Assembly (NCBI RefSeq): GCF_001194135.2
Contig: NC_068983.1
Coordinates: 8,709,170-8,766,456 of the forward strand
DNA: 57,287 nt
Origin: Octopus bimaculoides
Taxonomy: Eukaryota
Reading direction: 5' to 3'
The notes under the pieces are model-generated. The model made no database searches, was not told where the DNA came from, and saw only the letters and a list, made by a program, of their open reading frames with translations. The translations under genes and the position numbers were made by a program. How positions within the stretch are numbered: position 1 is the stretch's first letter; each line of letters begins with the position of its first letter. Positions 26,237 through 36,756 of this stretch are shown in pieces.

Positions 26237-26501
26237 GCGGTGAGCTGGCAGAAACATTAACGCGATAAGGCGGCGAGCTGGCAGAATCGTTAGCACGCCG
26301 GGCGAAATGCTTAGCGGTATTTCGTCTGCCGTTACGTTCTGAGTTCAAATTCCGCCGAGGTCGACTTTGCCTTTCATCCTTTCGGGGTCGATTAAATAGG
26401 TACCACTTAAGCACTGGGGTCGATATAATCGACTTCATCCGTTTGTCTGTCCTTGTTTGTCCCCTCTGTGTGTAGCCCCTTGCGGACAGCAAAGAAATAA
26501 G
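26237..26501 (+). mobile_element. SINE family A, full-length copy (26270-26501) preceded by a duplicated ~30-bp 5' end
   Basis: A-box-like TGGCAGAATCG, B-box-like GAGTTCAAATTCC, body GAGGTCGACTTTGCCTTTCATCC, tail A GCCCCTTGCGGACAGCAAAGAAATAAG. An extra GGCGGTGAGCTGGCAGAAACATTAAC lies at 26237. Confidence 0.92.
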
Positions 26502-27301
26502 ACACATACTGACACACATACACATCGGTAGAACGCCAATTAGTTAAGATCTCTTTATTTTTGCCTCATTCAGGTTATCAGAATTATCCATCAGCACGTA
26601 ATCCACAATGTTGATATGCTAAAGAGAGATTAAGCGTTTTTTTAGATCCTCCAGTTCTCTGCTGATATCTATTGCTAACTAATAAAAAAAAAAAAGCATA
26701 GTGAACTTCAGCGGAATACAAACACAGAACGTAATGAGCCATGATTAAATACTGCATAATTTATCTGTTAGAAGGGGTTGCAAGAACAATATTAAACATT
26801 TAATGATAATACAAACATACTTCTGTTGTACTCGCAGTTTATCATTCCTCTAAGATTTTATGCAGCAGATATATGATCACAGGCGTTCCACTCATGACCA
26901 TTCTGTTTTAAATATACAAAACAATGTATCTGAGACCACGAATCTTAAAAAAAAATAAATAAATAAAGACTAAATTTCAGGGAGATTTTGCCACTAATTC
27001 TAGAGTAGAGGGAAGCGATGGTTTTAATTATTATTACTTAATTATTATTACTTTTGAATAATTAGCTGTCCTCTAGGCTTGAAGCCAAGAATGATAATTA
27101 TTTCGATAATTATCGTGAAGGAGAATCTATAAGATCTACCAGACCATTCCGCCTGTCACATACAGCTGCTCCATCTCCCACAGATGAAGCAGCAAAATTA
27201 TTTGATTTTTAATGGAATAGAAACAAAAGCGAATATCTCGACAAAGGGAAAGTGATGTTATTATTAATTATATTCAGATCTTTGTGGTCTGAGTTGAAAT
27301 T

Positions 27302-27394
<93 letters not shown>

Positions 27395-27423
27395 ATAATA
27401 TGTGACAATAATTCAGTAGCCAT

Positions 27424-27484
27424 GATAAAACTCCGAGTTTCGGATGTCGTGGCGAAAACCCACGCTGGTATCTCTTCAGTTATC
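27424..27484 (-). ncRNA. Type I hammerhead ribozyme motif (Penelope-type minimal HHR), near canonical
   Basis: GAUAA CUGAAGA GAU-accag-CGUGG-guuuucg-CCACG-ac-AUCC GAA ACUC-G-GAGU U UUAUC. Stem I is 5 bp perfect, both core strands are intact, stem III is near-palindromic, and the triplet is GUU. Confidence 0.75.
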
Positions 27485-28064
27485 GGGCCATCGAAAAATT
27501 GCTATGAAAATGACCGTTAAAACAAAGGGAAATTACTGTGTCATTGACCGCTGTTAAGACAAAAGAGCTATTAGAATGATCGCTAATTGAGGGGAGGGAG
27601 TAAAGGTAAGGGAGAAAAAATGTTCTTAGTAATTGAGTAATCGCACATGTCCATACATACACATGCGCTACCGCACACCCACGTACATATGTATATATAT
27701 NNNNNNNNNNCACACAAATATATATACATATATATATCTTCCTCTCTATCTATGTATATGTATATATATAATGTATGCCTTAATGCATGTGTTTGTTTAT
27801 ATGTTCTTATGTATATTTATGTACCTCAATGCAGATACGTAAAGTAGTTTGCTCGTGACATTAGTTGTTGTCATCAGCATGAAATCAATTTGAGGTTTGG
27901 CAAGAATTCCATCCGTATTTCATTAAAGAACCATCTTCAGAAGCAGCCAAATCTAAAAAGAATGTATATTTGAAAGGGTATATAGCTAGGTATGAGTATG
28001 TAATTATTTTAAATAATGGTGTCTGTGAAGCTATGTTCGAAGGCAAGGGAAGGAATAATGCTTG

Positions 28065-28107
28065 TCCTCTGAAGAGTGGCCAATTAGACATGAAACATAT
28101 CTAGGGA
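28065..28107 (+). ncRNA. Type I minimal hammerhead motif, one stem III substitution
   Basis: UCCU CUGAAGA GUG-gccaauuaga-CAU GAA AC-AUAU-CU A GGGA. Stem I is 4 bp. Stem III is one change away from the palindrome ACAUAUGU with a GUA triplet. Confidence 0.5.
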
Positions 28108-29300
28108 AATACAATTTATGTCGTTGTCAGAAGACGATTAATAGATAATTACTTATTTACAAAGTATATGTTTAAACAGTACTTACTGATTACATTAAAT
28201 TCAATACTCACATGCTCATTGACACACGCAAAATCAAAAACACACTGACTCACACACTTATAATTGCGTGTGCATATGTGTGTGCTCGTGGGAATATGGA
28301 TAAGTGTCAGCACATGCGCAAAACCCTTAGAAAAAAAATGATTCCACAGGAACTATGTGTGATATTCAAAAGCAGAATAGGTTTACCATTTTCCAATTAA
28401 ATATTATGCTATTTTCCTGTAGGAGATTTACATCTTCACAATTAGAGGGAAATTTTCAAATATAAACTGACGGAAATGTCTTAAGGAGGGAATCGAAACC
28501 TCTTCTTATATCGCAGATTTGCAGGCTGCATACGGCCACTCAATACCTCAGATACAGCATAGATATTTCATATTTAAATTTTGACTTCTAAAAAAAGAAA
28601 GGTTAGTCTTAATTCCTTTGTCTTCATATGCGATATCAGCAAATACAACACATTTAATTTCCTTTCTCTTTCCTCTCTATACGTCTTTCTTTCTCTTCCT
28701 CCTCTCTCTCCCTCTCTCCCTCTCATACACACACAGAAACACAGTCATACACACACGTTAAAATTTTATATTTGTACAGCACCCACTGAAAAAAATCTTT
28801 TGTTAGAAACTTCACAAACAATGTTGAGCGAAATTGTCAAATAAAGCAAAAATCACATTTTCCTTTCTCCGTTTGTTTCCGAAATTTTTTCATCTCCATA
28901 GAGTACACGATTCTATTGGTATAATTTTTAAAACTACCATAACAACTAAAATTAGGAAAGTGACCTTCAAATATCTAAACTGGTGAAAGTTTACAATTTT
29001 ACAGCGAACAATATACCATAGGAATTCAATCGCCAACCCCTCATTTTCTTTCCTTTGAGCTTTCAAATATTCTTTCTCTTAGACTTGTTCATTCGGTTAA
29101 AATATTTCTTTGGCTTCCGTACCACGCTATATCTATTTATTAATCAATTTTACTATCACTCTCATAACTCTTTATCCAATTATTTCTCTCTACAGCAATA
29201 ATCTATCTATTTACTATGAAATTATCGAGATTCTATCTATTTAACTACACATTTGTGAGACATAATCTCCTTCTCACGCTCATATATATGTACATATACA

Positions 29301-29376
<76 letters not shown>

Positions 29377-29999
29377 NNNNNNNNNNNNNNNNNNNNNNNN
29401 NNNNNNNNNNNNNNNNNNNNNNNNNNNNNNNNNNNNNNNNNNNNNNNNNNNNNNNNNNNNNNNNNNNNNNNNNNNNNNNNNNNNNNNNNNNNNNNNNNNN
29501 NNNNNNNNNNNNNNNNNNNNNNNNNNNNNNNNNNNNNNNNNNNNNNNNNNNNNNNNNNNNNNNNNNNNNNNNNNNNNNNNNNNNNNNNNNNNNNNNNNNN
29601 NNNNNNNNNNNNNNNNNNNNNNNNNNNNNNNNNNNNNNNNNNNNNNNNNNNNNNNNNNNNNNNNNNNNNNNNNNNNNNNNNNNNNNNNNNNNNNNNNNNN
29701 NNNNNNNNNNNNNNNNNNNNNNNNNNNNNNNNNNNNNNNNNNNNNNNNNNNNNNNNNNNNNNNNNNNNNNNNNNNNNNNNNNNNNNNNNNNNNNTATATA
29801 TATATATATATATATATACATATATACATAGTTTATGTGAGTGTCTGTGCGCTCGCGCGTGTATGTATACATAGGTATGGTGAAGTAACCTGGAAAAAAT
29901 GGAAATCAAAATTCGTATATATACACTTTTATTAATATTTAGCAAAAGCAACAGAATAACTTAGTGACCCAGAGTTTCATGCATTATCACATCTAATAT

Positions 30000-30950
30000 C
30001 AGGTTTTGTACAATCAAGTTTTCTCCTTGGGGATCTCCTCAGCAAAGTTCAGGGTTCCTTCAGATCCAATGGGTTTATTGCGACCTTGGACATTGACCTG
30101 GATGTTACTGGTTTACCCATTGCTGGAACCCTAACACGTGCTATTACTCGACGTCAGCATAGACCTGAGAAAAAAAGTGGCTGAAAGTTTCTTCGACGCT
30201 GCAAAACCCTGAATTAGATTTCCCACTACAGGATGCAGTTGAACCCTTATAAGACGGAAATAAGTAGCCAGCAGGCGGCAACTATATATTAATGTTTATA
30301 TATATTTATATGTGTGTGTAATTGAAAACCAACGGGTGAATGGAGATTTATTCCCATCCAGCACATTTTTATTACCAAGTTTTCTACGGAAAATATAACA
30401 ATGACCAACATAGGTTTCTACTGCAGCAACTGCACATTGCTTTTTAGAGTTTTAAATGACCCTAGCATCAAGTGAGTTTTGGAGGATTCTTCATCTTTCG
30501 GCCAAGCAAAGCTTACGTCTTTGCTCCCGGTTGTGACAGCCCCTGTTGTTAGAGCATTCTCCATTTAACTATGTATGGCATACCCTCCTATTTTAAACGG
30601 CATATGTAGCTCGCCAGGAACCTCTCTTGTATTTTCAGGGATGACCTGTAATTGTTAAGACGATGCTTGAAAGGGCCACCTATAGAACTAACTCTGCCGG
30701 ACTCGTTGCCAGTGCTACGGCTACTGTTGCTGTTGTCACTGGAACAGCTATTCTTATCGCTATTGGTGTTGTTGCTGTCATTGCTGGACGCGGAGCTTGT
30801 GGTTCATTTGCCGCCAACTATGTCGCTGTTATTTCCACTGCCCGAGGCATTGTTGGTACAATTGCTATTGTTGTCATACGTGCCAACTATCTATACTCTT
30901 ATTTAGTGGTTGTGATAGATCCTTTACCATGAGCAGATGCTGAATAACTG
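30000..30950 (-). mobile_element. Penelope-like element 3' remnant: decayed GIY-YIG endonuclease C-terminus plus downstream pseudo-LTR
   Basis: The minus strand gives GPFKHRLNNYRSSLK..LASYICRLK*EGMPYIVKWRML, then after a frameshift RRKLCLAER*RILQ..*NSKK. This follows the PLE GIY-YIG consensus (FK-x-R-x-NNH-x-SSF...LS-x-YIW-x-LK...Y-x-IKW...RC-x-LCL-x-EK...LN). Confidence 0.78.
30005..30046 (-). ncRNA. Type I hammerhead motif in the Penelope pseudo-LTR, stem II junction damaged
   Basis: UUUG CUGAGGA GA-UCC-CCAA-GGA GAAA AC-UUGAUU-GU A CAAA. Stem I is 4 bp perfect, the triplet is GUA, and the motif lies about 370 bp 3' of the GIY-YIG remnant on the same strand. Confidence 0.55.
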
Positions 30951-31056
30951 GATTTCAACCTGGAAAACAAATTGATATTTATCAGCCTTCAAGTAATAAT
31001 CGTTAAATGCTCACACTGTAACATGCACTTTGCATTTGCACTAATCAAACAAACAG

Positions 31057-31092
<36 letters not shown>

Positions 31093-31096
<4 letters not shown>

Positions 31097-32047
31097 GAGG
31101 TCAGCAGTGTCCCCCTGCTGGTTTGGCATCTGCAGACTAGACTAGTTTCAGGGTGTTGCCCCTTGTCAATGCAGAGTAGCCAAGCCTTAGCCAGGCGGCG
31201 CTGCTGACTATCTGCTCGAAGGTTATTTATCTAATTTCAGTGGAATCTATCCACTGGTTTTCAGAAATAGAGTTATTAATATTTCTAAGTCTCTCTAAAG
31301 GAGACTACGGCAGCGGTACTGGAAATTAATAGTTATCGCCAAGCCAACATGGCAGTCCCAAAATTAGGACGAAAGCTGCCGTGAATTAGCTCCAAGAAGC
31401 CATCGCCTCTAGCTAGCTATGTGACACACGAAACCTGTGTCCTTTATAACCTTCGAACAGGGGAGGTCAGCNNNNNNNNNNNNNNNNNNNNNNNNNNNNN
31501 NNNNNNNNNNNNNNNNNNNNNNNNNNNNNNNNNNNNNNNNNNNNNNNNNNNNNNNNNNNNNNNNNNNNNNNNNNNNNNNNNNNNNNNNNNNNNNNNNNNN
31601 NNNNNNNNNNNNNNNNNNNNNNNNNNNNNNNNNNNNNNNNNNNNNNNNNNNNNNNNNNNNNNNNNNNNNNNNNNNNNNNNNNNNNNNNNNNNNNNNNNNN
31701 NNNNNNNNNNNNNNNNNNNNNNNNNNNNNNNNNNNNNNNNNNNNNNNNNNNNNNNNNNNNNNNNNNNNNNNNNNNNNNNNNNNNNNNNNNNNNNNNNNNN
31801 NNNNNNNNNNNNNNNNNNNNNNNNNNNNNNNNNNNNNNNNNNNNNNNNNNNNNNNNNNNNNNNNNNNNNNNNNNNNNNNNNNNNNNNNNNNNNNNNNNNN
31901 NNNNNNNNNNNNNNNNNNNNNNNNNNNNNNNNNNNNNNNNNNNNNNNNNNNNNNNNNNNNNNNNTGTTGGCTTGGCGATAACTATTAATTTCCAGTACCG
32001 CTGCCGTAGTCTCCTTTAGAGAGACTTAGAAATATTAATAACTCTAT
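31093..32047. repeat. Structured repeat embedded in (TA)n: apparent 366-bp tandem unit, then a gap, then an exact inverted partial copy
   Basis: AGGGGAGGTCAGC occurs at 31093-31105 and again at 31459-31471, right before the gap. 31965-32045 is the exact reverse complement of 31269-31349. Both outer ends abut (TA)n. Confidence 0.7.
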
Positions 32048-32254
32048 ATATATATATATATATATACATATAATGCGAGAAAGTTACGAGTTGAGGGTAA
32101 ACCCGGTTGGCAAAATAACATGGTTTGTCATAAACACCTGTACTTTGTGGGGTTTTTTTTTGTCACTTTAGCTATGAATTAAATTAATGAATTCAACGGG
32201 ATACACTGTCTGCAAGTAGTTGGGTTCAGCATATTATCCTCCATTTTCTAAATC

Positions 32255-32301
<47 letters not shown>

Positions 32302-33784
32302 TGTGTATACATATGTGCTTAATTACTTACGTTATTATGCAATCATCTAATCCCAGAATTATCTACGAATTTATGAAATTAATATAGTGGATTTCAAATC
32401 TTTTTAAGGCATAACTGATTTTATTTCTTTAATTTTGTGGTTTTTTTTAAATTTTAATTCTATTTATTATTCAAACTCATTATTCAATTATGAATGATTC
32501 AGTTAATAATTAATTACTATTTATTAAAACGTTCACAATAATAATTATTTTTCAGTAAGATGCAATACAGTGTTATCTTACCACCCATTAAATCCATCTT
32601 CCCGTTTACCTTAAGATCAGTTGGTAATAATCTGTTATCATTTATTATCAGCTATATTCATTTGATAGCAATCGCAAAATTAATTCCTAACTGCTAAGGC
32701 TAAAACTTTTGTTGAATCACATAATAGTTCTTACGTTATTAACAAGAGTCCTTGCATAATTAAACGAGTATGTAAATATAATGATATTTTGCAAATGATG
32801 TTGTGGCCATATTTTCTTTAAATATTGAATATTTGCGACTGATCAAGTACTGCTGTAGAAATTCAAGAAGAACAGCACTTGGCCAGCTCAAATGAATAAT
32901 CATGTTCTACAACAGTTTTATGCATATCTTCTCATCTTGTTACATCCGATGATTCAAAGTGTATGTACGTTTTTACGTATAAGGTTTTTGTGCAAGTGTA
33001 CAAGCGCGGTCATTTGTATGAGTTTGAGGTGCATGTATTTCTACAGCCGTGTATACAACAATGAAGACATTTCGATAGCATCATGTACCGTCATAGAATA
33101 ATACAACAAATACGAATGAGTGAATGCTTTTATCTAAATACATACATAATGGTTCTCGTTGCCACACTGCCATGTTAAATTCAAACTATCAATTTATAGA
33201 GCTACACAACATTATCTTCTAATAATTTGGTGCTTCGTGTAAAACTTGCAGCAATTTGTATCAGTTAAATGTTTCTGTAATGGAGTCTATAAAATTTATT
33301 ACGGAGTAAGAAGACTCACTAAGTATATCTTAACAGTAAATGTAGATCAATAGTGCTTAATCAATACAGTTATATACACCCTTATTTTCTGCTGAAGTTT
33401 CTGCGAATATACACGTGTATAAAAATACGGGTACATAGGTTAATGTCTATGCCTTTGAAAGCATTTTAGAAAATATTATTTCGCATCTACGCATTAATGT
33501 TTGTGAATGATATATGCAAACATACATCAACACACACAAATATACGCACACATACACTTACACAAATTTTACTGCGTATGCCATTTCCCGCTTCTATCAT
33601 TTGCTTCATACATGCATATATGTATGTAAATATATGTGTGTGTATTAGAAACGCGTGTATGCTGGATTAAAATGTATGAATATGCATTGCATTTTTAACT
33701 TTTGAGTGATTCTCTCTAACATCATATCGATTTTTCTTGGTAACAATATTATATAGATTTGCAAATTAGACCAGTGATGGTTTG

Positions 33785-33935
33785 TGAAAATGCCGATTAT
33801 GTGGATTTCACGACCTTGCCTTTCATTCTTTCGGGATCGATATATTAAGAACCAGTTGTATACTTGGACGATCTAATCGACTATTACCCTCCCACAAAAG
33901 ATTTCGTGTCTTGTACCTTGAGTAGTAAAGAATAT
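33785..33935 (+). mobile_element. SINE family A, 5'-truncated, degenerate (tail B)
   Basis: GACCTTGCCTTTCATTCTTTCGGGATCGAT..TTAAGAACCAGTTG..GATCTAATCGACT..GATTTCGTGTCTTGTACCTTGAGTAGTAAAG. Confidence 0.65.
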
Positions 33936-34566
33936 GTATCACAGACGAATTTAGTTAGCTAGATTTGATTTTACACACTAAGTTTATACAGTATTTGCTT
34001 GAATCTTTAATTGCTTTTCTATTTGCTGCGTAACAGACTTTAAAGCCAGATTATATAATTATGTCTCTTCAAAGCCTCTTCGAGTCAAAATTCACATTTC
34101 AATTTTTCTACAATGTATAGTAGAGCACGACTCAATAATGTCCATTTGATATCATATTGAGCATCAGAAAATTTTATTCCCCAGAAAAATTTCCTAAAGG
34201 AACCTAAGGTTTCCTATTTTCTTTTTTGGTTTTTTTTTTTATGTAAAAAGCCTTACTTCCATATCTCATATATTGCAAAGAGGAAATGAAGTAATGTTAA
34301 GATGTAGTCATTTGTATAATACAGCTATTAATTACTTTCAATACTAGATTAAAGACTAAAATATCTTGATATAAAATCCATCCGCCTGGTCCGGTACTTT
34401 ACTTTTCCTAGCGTAATTGAATAGGGATATTCAGTAGATATTTTAATTTCTTTTAACCATTTTCGATCACCGCAATTTTTTACTCGCTACTCTAAGCGTA
34501 ATTATGTGAGCATCTTTCAACTATTGCGTTATTCAATCTGTAAGAATGTTAATCTTTTATTTTTCA

Positions 34567-34761
34567 TAATCCTTTCTACTGTAGGAACAAGGACTGAAAT
34601 TTGGAGGCGTGGTATAGCCGACTACATCAACCCAGGGCGCAACTGGTACTTATTTTATCGACCCCGAAAGGACCACTGCGGAATTTGAACTCAAAGCACG
34701 AAGACAGACAAAATACCGCTAAGCATTTCGTCCGGCATGCTAACGATTCTGCCAGATCGCC
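34567..34761 (-). mobile_element. SINE family A with tail B and a short internal deletion
   Basis: The reverse complement begins GGCGATCTGGCAGAATCGTTAGCATGCCGGACGAAATGCTTAGCGGTATTT and ends CCAAATTTCAGTCCTTGTTCCTACAGTAGAAAGGATTA. Confidence 0.85.
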
Positions 34762-35360
34762 TCCTTTATTTTATCTTCAATAATAAACTCGAGGCGGAAT
34801 ACCCAAGTTAGTGAATAAAAATATATTAGTCTCCCTATTATAAATAATCCACCCTTTTTTGTGAACGTTATTTTAAGATCTAATTTTATTTATGGGATTC
34901 TATTTATATGCTGACCTAAATAGTAGGTCTTGCTATTCATACTTTAGTACTAATTATCCTTTATTTTGCCTCAACTCTAAAACAAATAACAAGATATCGA
35001 ATTCCAATTCTCTCTTGATTTGATTGGAACAATATTTATGTTTATTTCACTGTGTAACTCCTGCCCCATTAACTAGTCAAATAATGGCCAAATGCAGGCT
35101 TAGAATAACTGACCTAGTTCCTGCTACTACTAATTTGGTCGGTCACTCTCCCTCGCCACCAGTGTGGCTTATCTATGAAGAATATAAAAGAAGTAAGTTT
35201 GTTCTTTACTTTTTTCAATCAGTCAATTGTGGGATCCATTAATAAGTGTGATTATTCCATTATATACCATGGTTCTCTAAAAAAAATCGGCAACACGTGC
35301 CAGCTCGACTGAAATATTGAAATATATATTGTGCTTTATATATATATATATATATCTATA

Positions 35361-35764
35361 GGAGTGGCTGATGAAATAAGGTAGCTTGCTTACGAACCAC
35401 ACGGTTCCGGGTTCAATCCCACTACGTGCCATGTTGGGCAAGTGTCTTCTACTATAGCCCCGGGCCGATCAAAGCCATGTGAGTGGATTTGGAAGGCGGA
35501 AACTGAAAGAAGCCCGTCGTATGTGTATATATGTATATATCTATGTATGTGTATATGTTTGTGTGTTTGTGTTTGTCCCACCATCACTTGACAACCGATG
35601 CTAGTATGTTTACATCCCCGTAACTTAGTGGTTCGGCAAAAGAACCCGATGGAATAAGTACTAGGATTACAAAGAATAAGTTCTGCGGTGGATTTGCTCG
35701 ACTAAAGGCGGTGCTCCAGCATGGCCACAGTCAAAGGACTGAAACAAGTAAATGAGTAAAGGAG
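35361..35764 (+). mobile_element. SINE family B, near full length, with an internal (TA/TG) microsatellite
   Basis: tRNA-like head GGAGTGGCT..GGTTCCGGGTTCAATCCCACT, internal repeat at about 35520-35575, tail GGCGGTGCTCCAGCATGGCCACAGTC..GAAACAAGTAAATGAGTAAAGGAG. Confidence 0.92.
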
Positions 35765-36086
35765 TATATATATATATATATATATATATNNNNNNNNNNN
35801 NNNNNNNNNNNNNNNNNNNNNNNNNNNNNNNNNNNNNNNNNNNNNNNNNNNNNNNNNNNNNNNNNNNNNNNNNNNNNNNNNNNNNNNNNNNNNNNNNNNN
35901 NNNNNNNNNNNNNNNNNNNNNNNNNNNNNNNNNNNNNNNNNNNNNNNNNNNNNNNNNNNNNNNNNNNNNNNNNNNNNNNNNNNNNNNNNNNNNNNNNNNN
36001 NNNNNNNNNNNNNNNNNNNNNNNNNNNNNATATATATATACATGCGTACACATGCTTGCATGCGCGAGCACACACGGGCGACGCTC

Positions 36087-36270
36087 GCGCGTAGCCCAGT
36101 GTTTAGGGTGTTGCACCCACCGTCGCTAGATCGTGGTTTCAATTCCCAGAGCGGGTCGTGCGTTGTGTTCTTGAGCAAAACACTTATTCGCACGTTGCTC
36201 TGCAATCATCTCGACACCTGACGCGTGGCACACCGTGCACCTGTTCAGACAACGTCGATTTGATGGAGAA
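36087..36270 (+). mobile_element. tRNA-derived SINE family D
   Basis: A-box GTAGCCCAGTG, B-box GGTTTCAATTCCC, then the conserved block GTTGTGTTCTTGAGCAAAACAC, which is shared with 50290-50310. Confidence 0.75.
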
Positions 36271-36274
36271 TATC

Positions 36275-36756
36275 ATTGTTTAGAAATGATTCCAAGTGCT
36301 TGCAAATGGTGGACAGTTGATAACGATGAATTAAACTCTTCTGCTAAGTTTCGAGATGTTGCTTATGGATTTGATCCAGTAGCGGTTTTCAACAAATTAT
36401 GATCAAAGGAGTCACGGTGCCCAGAGCAGTGGACATCTACCAAGCTAAAGTCTCCTTGTCGAAAATTTTGGAACTATCGTTGGCGGATGCGAATATTCAA
36501 AGTACTTCCACCATACAACTTCTTGCACATTTCTTACAGCATTTATAACATTGTTACATTTTTAATACTCGTATAGGTATTCTGTGGCCCCCATTTTCAC
36601 GAGGGATTATTAAAGCAACAAATTATAATTTGTTTGTCATCAAACCAGAATCTTTCTAACTGAAGCTTTCTGTTGAAAAACCTTGTTTAAACGTCTTAGA
36701 GCATGTTTCGACATGTACGGTCTGCAAAACTGCATTATTTATGGGATGACCTGATA
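36275..36756 (-). mobile_element. Mariner-family transposon 5' fragment: TIR plus decayed N-terminal transposase
   Basis: The minus strand starts TA-TCAGGTCATCCCATAAATAATG at 36756. Translation gives YLYEY*KCNNVINAVRNV / LYGGSTLNIRIRQR*FQNFRQGDFSLVDVHCSGHRDSFDHNLLK..NP*ATSRNLAEEFNSSLSTVHHLQALG, matching the Mos1/Hsmar1 N-terminal layout (W-F-x-x-F-x-x-G-x-x-x-L-x-D-x-x-RSGRP). Confidence 0.85.

Noticed and set aside
30652-30932. Plus-strand ORFs that look like a signal peptide or membrane protein (LLLLLSLEQLFL; ATATVAVVTG)
   Set aside because: They are the antisense shadow of the AAC/AGC-rich insert in the minus-strand Penelope remnant.
31348-31383. GTCC-CAAAATTA-GGAC-GAAA, reminiscent of stem II of the Schistosoma hammerhead
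   Set aside because: The preceding bases are CATGGCA, not CUGANGA, and they pair with CTGCCGTG as a simple hairpin. Not called a hammerhead.
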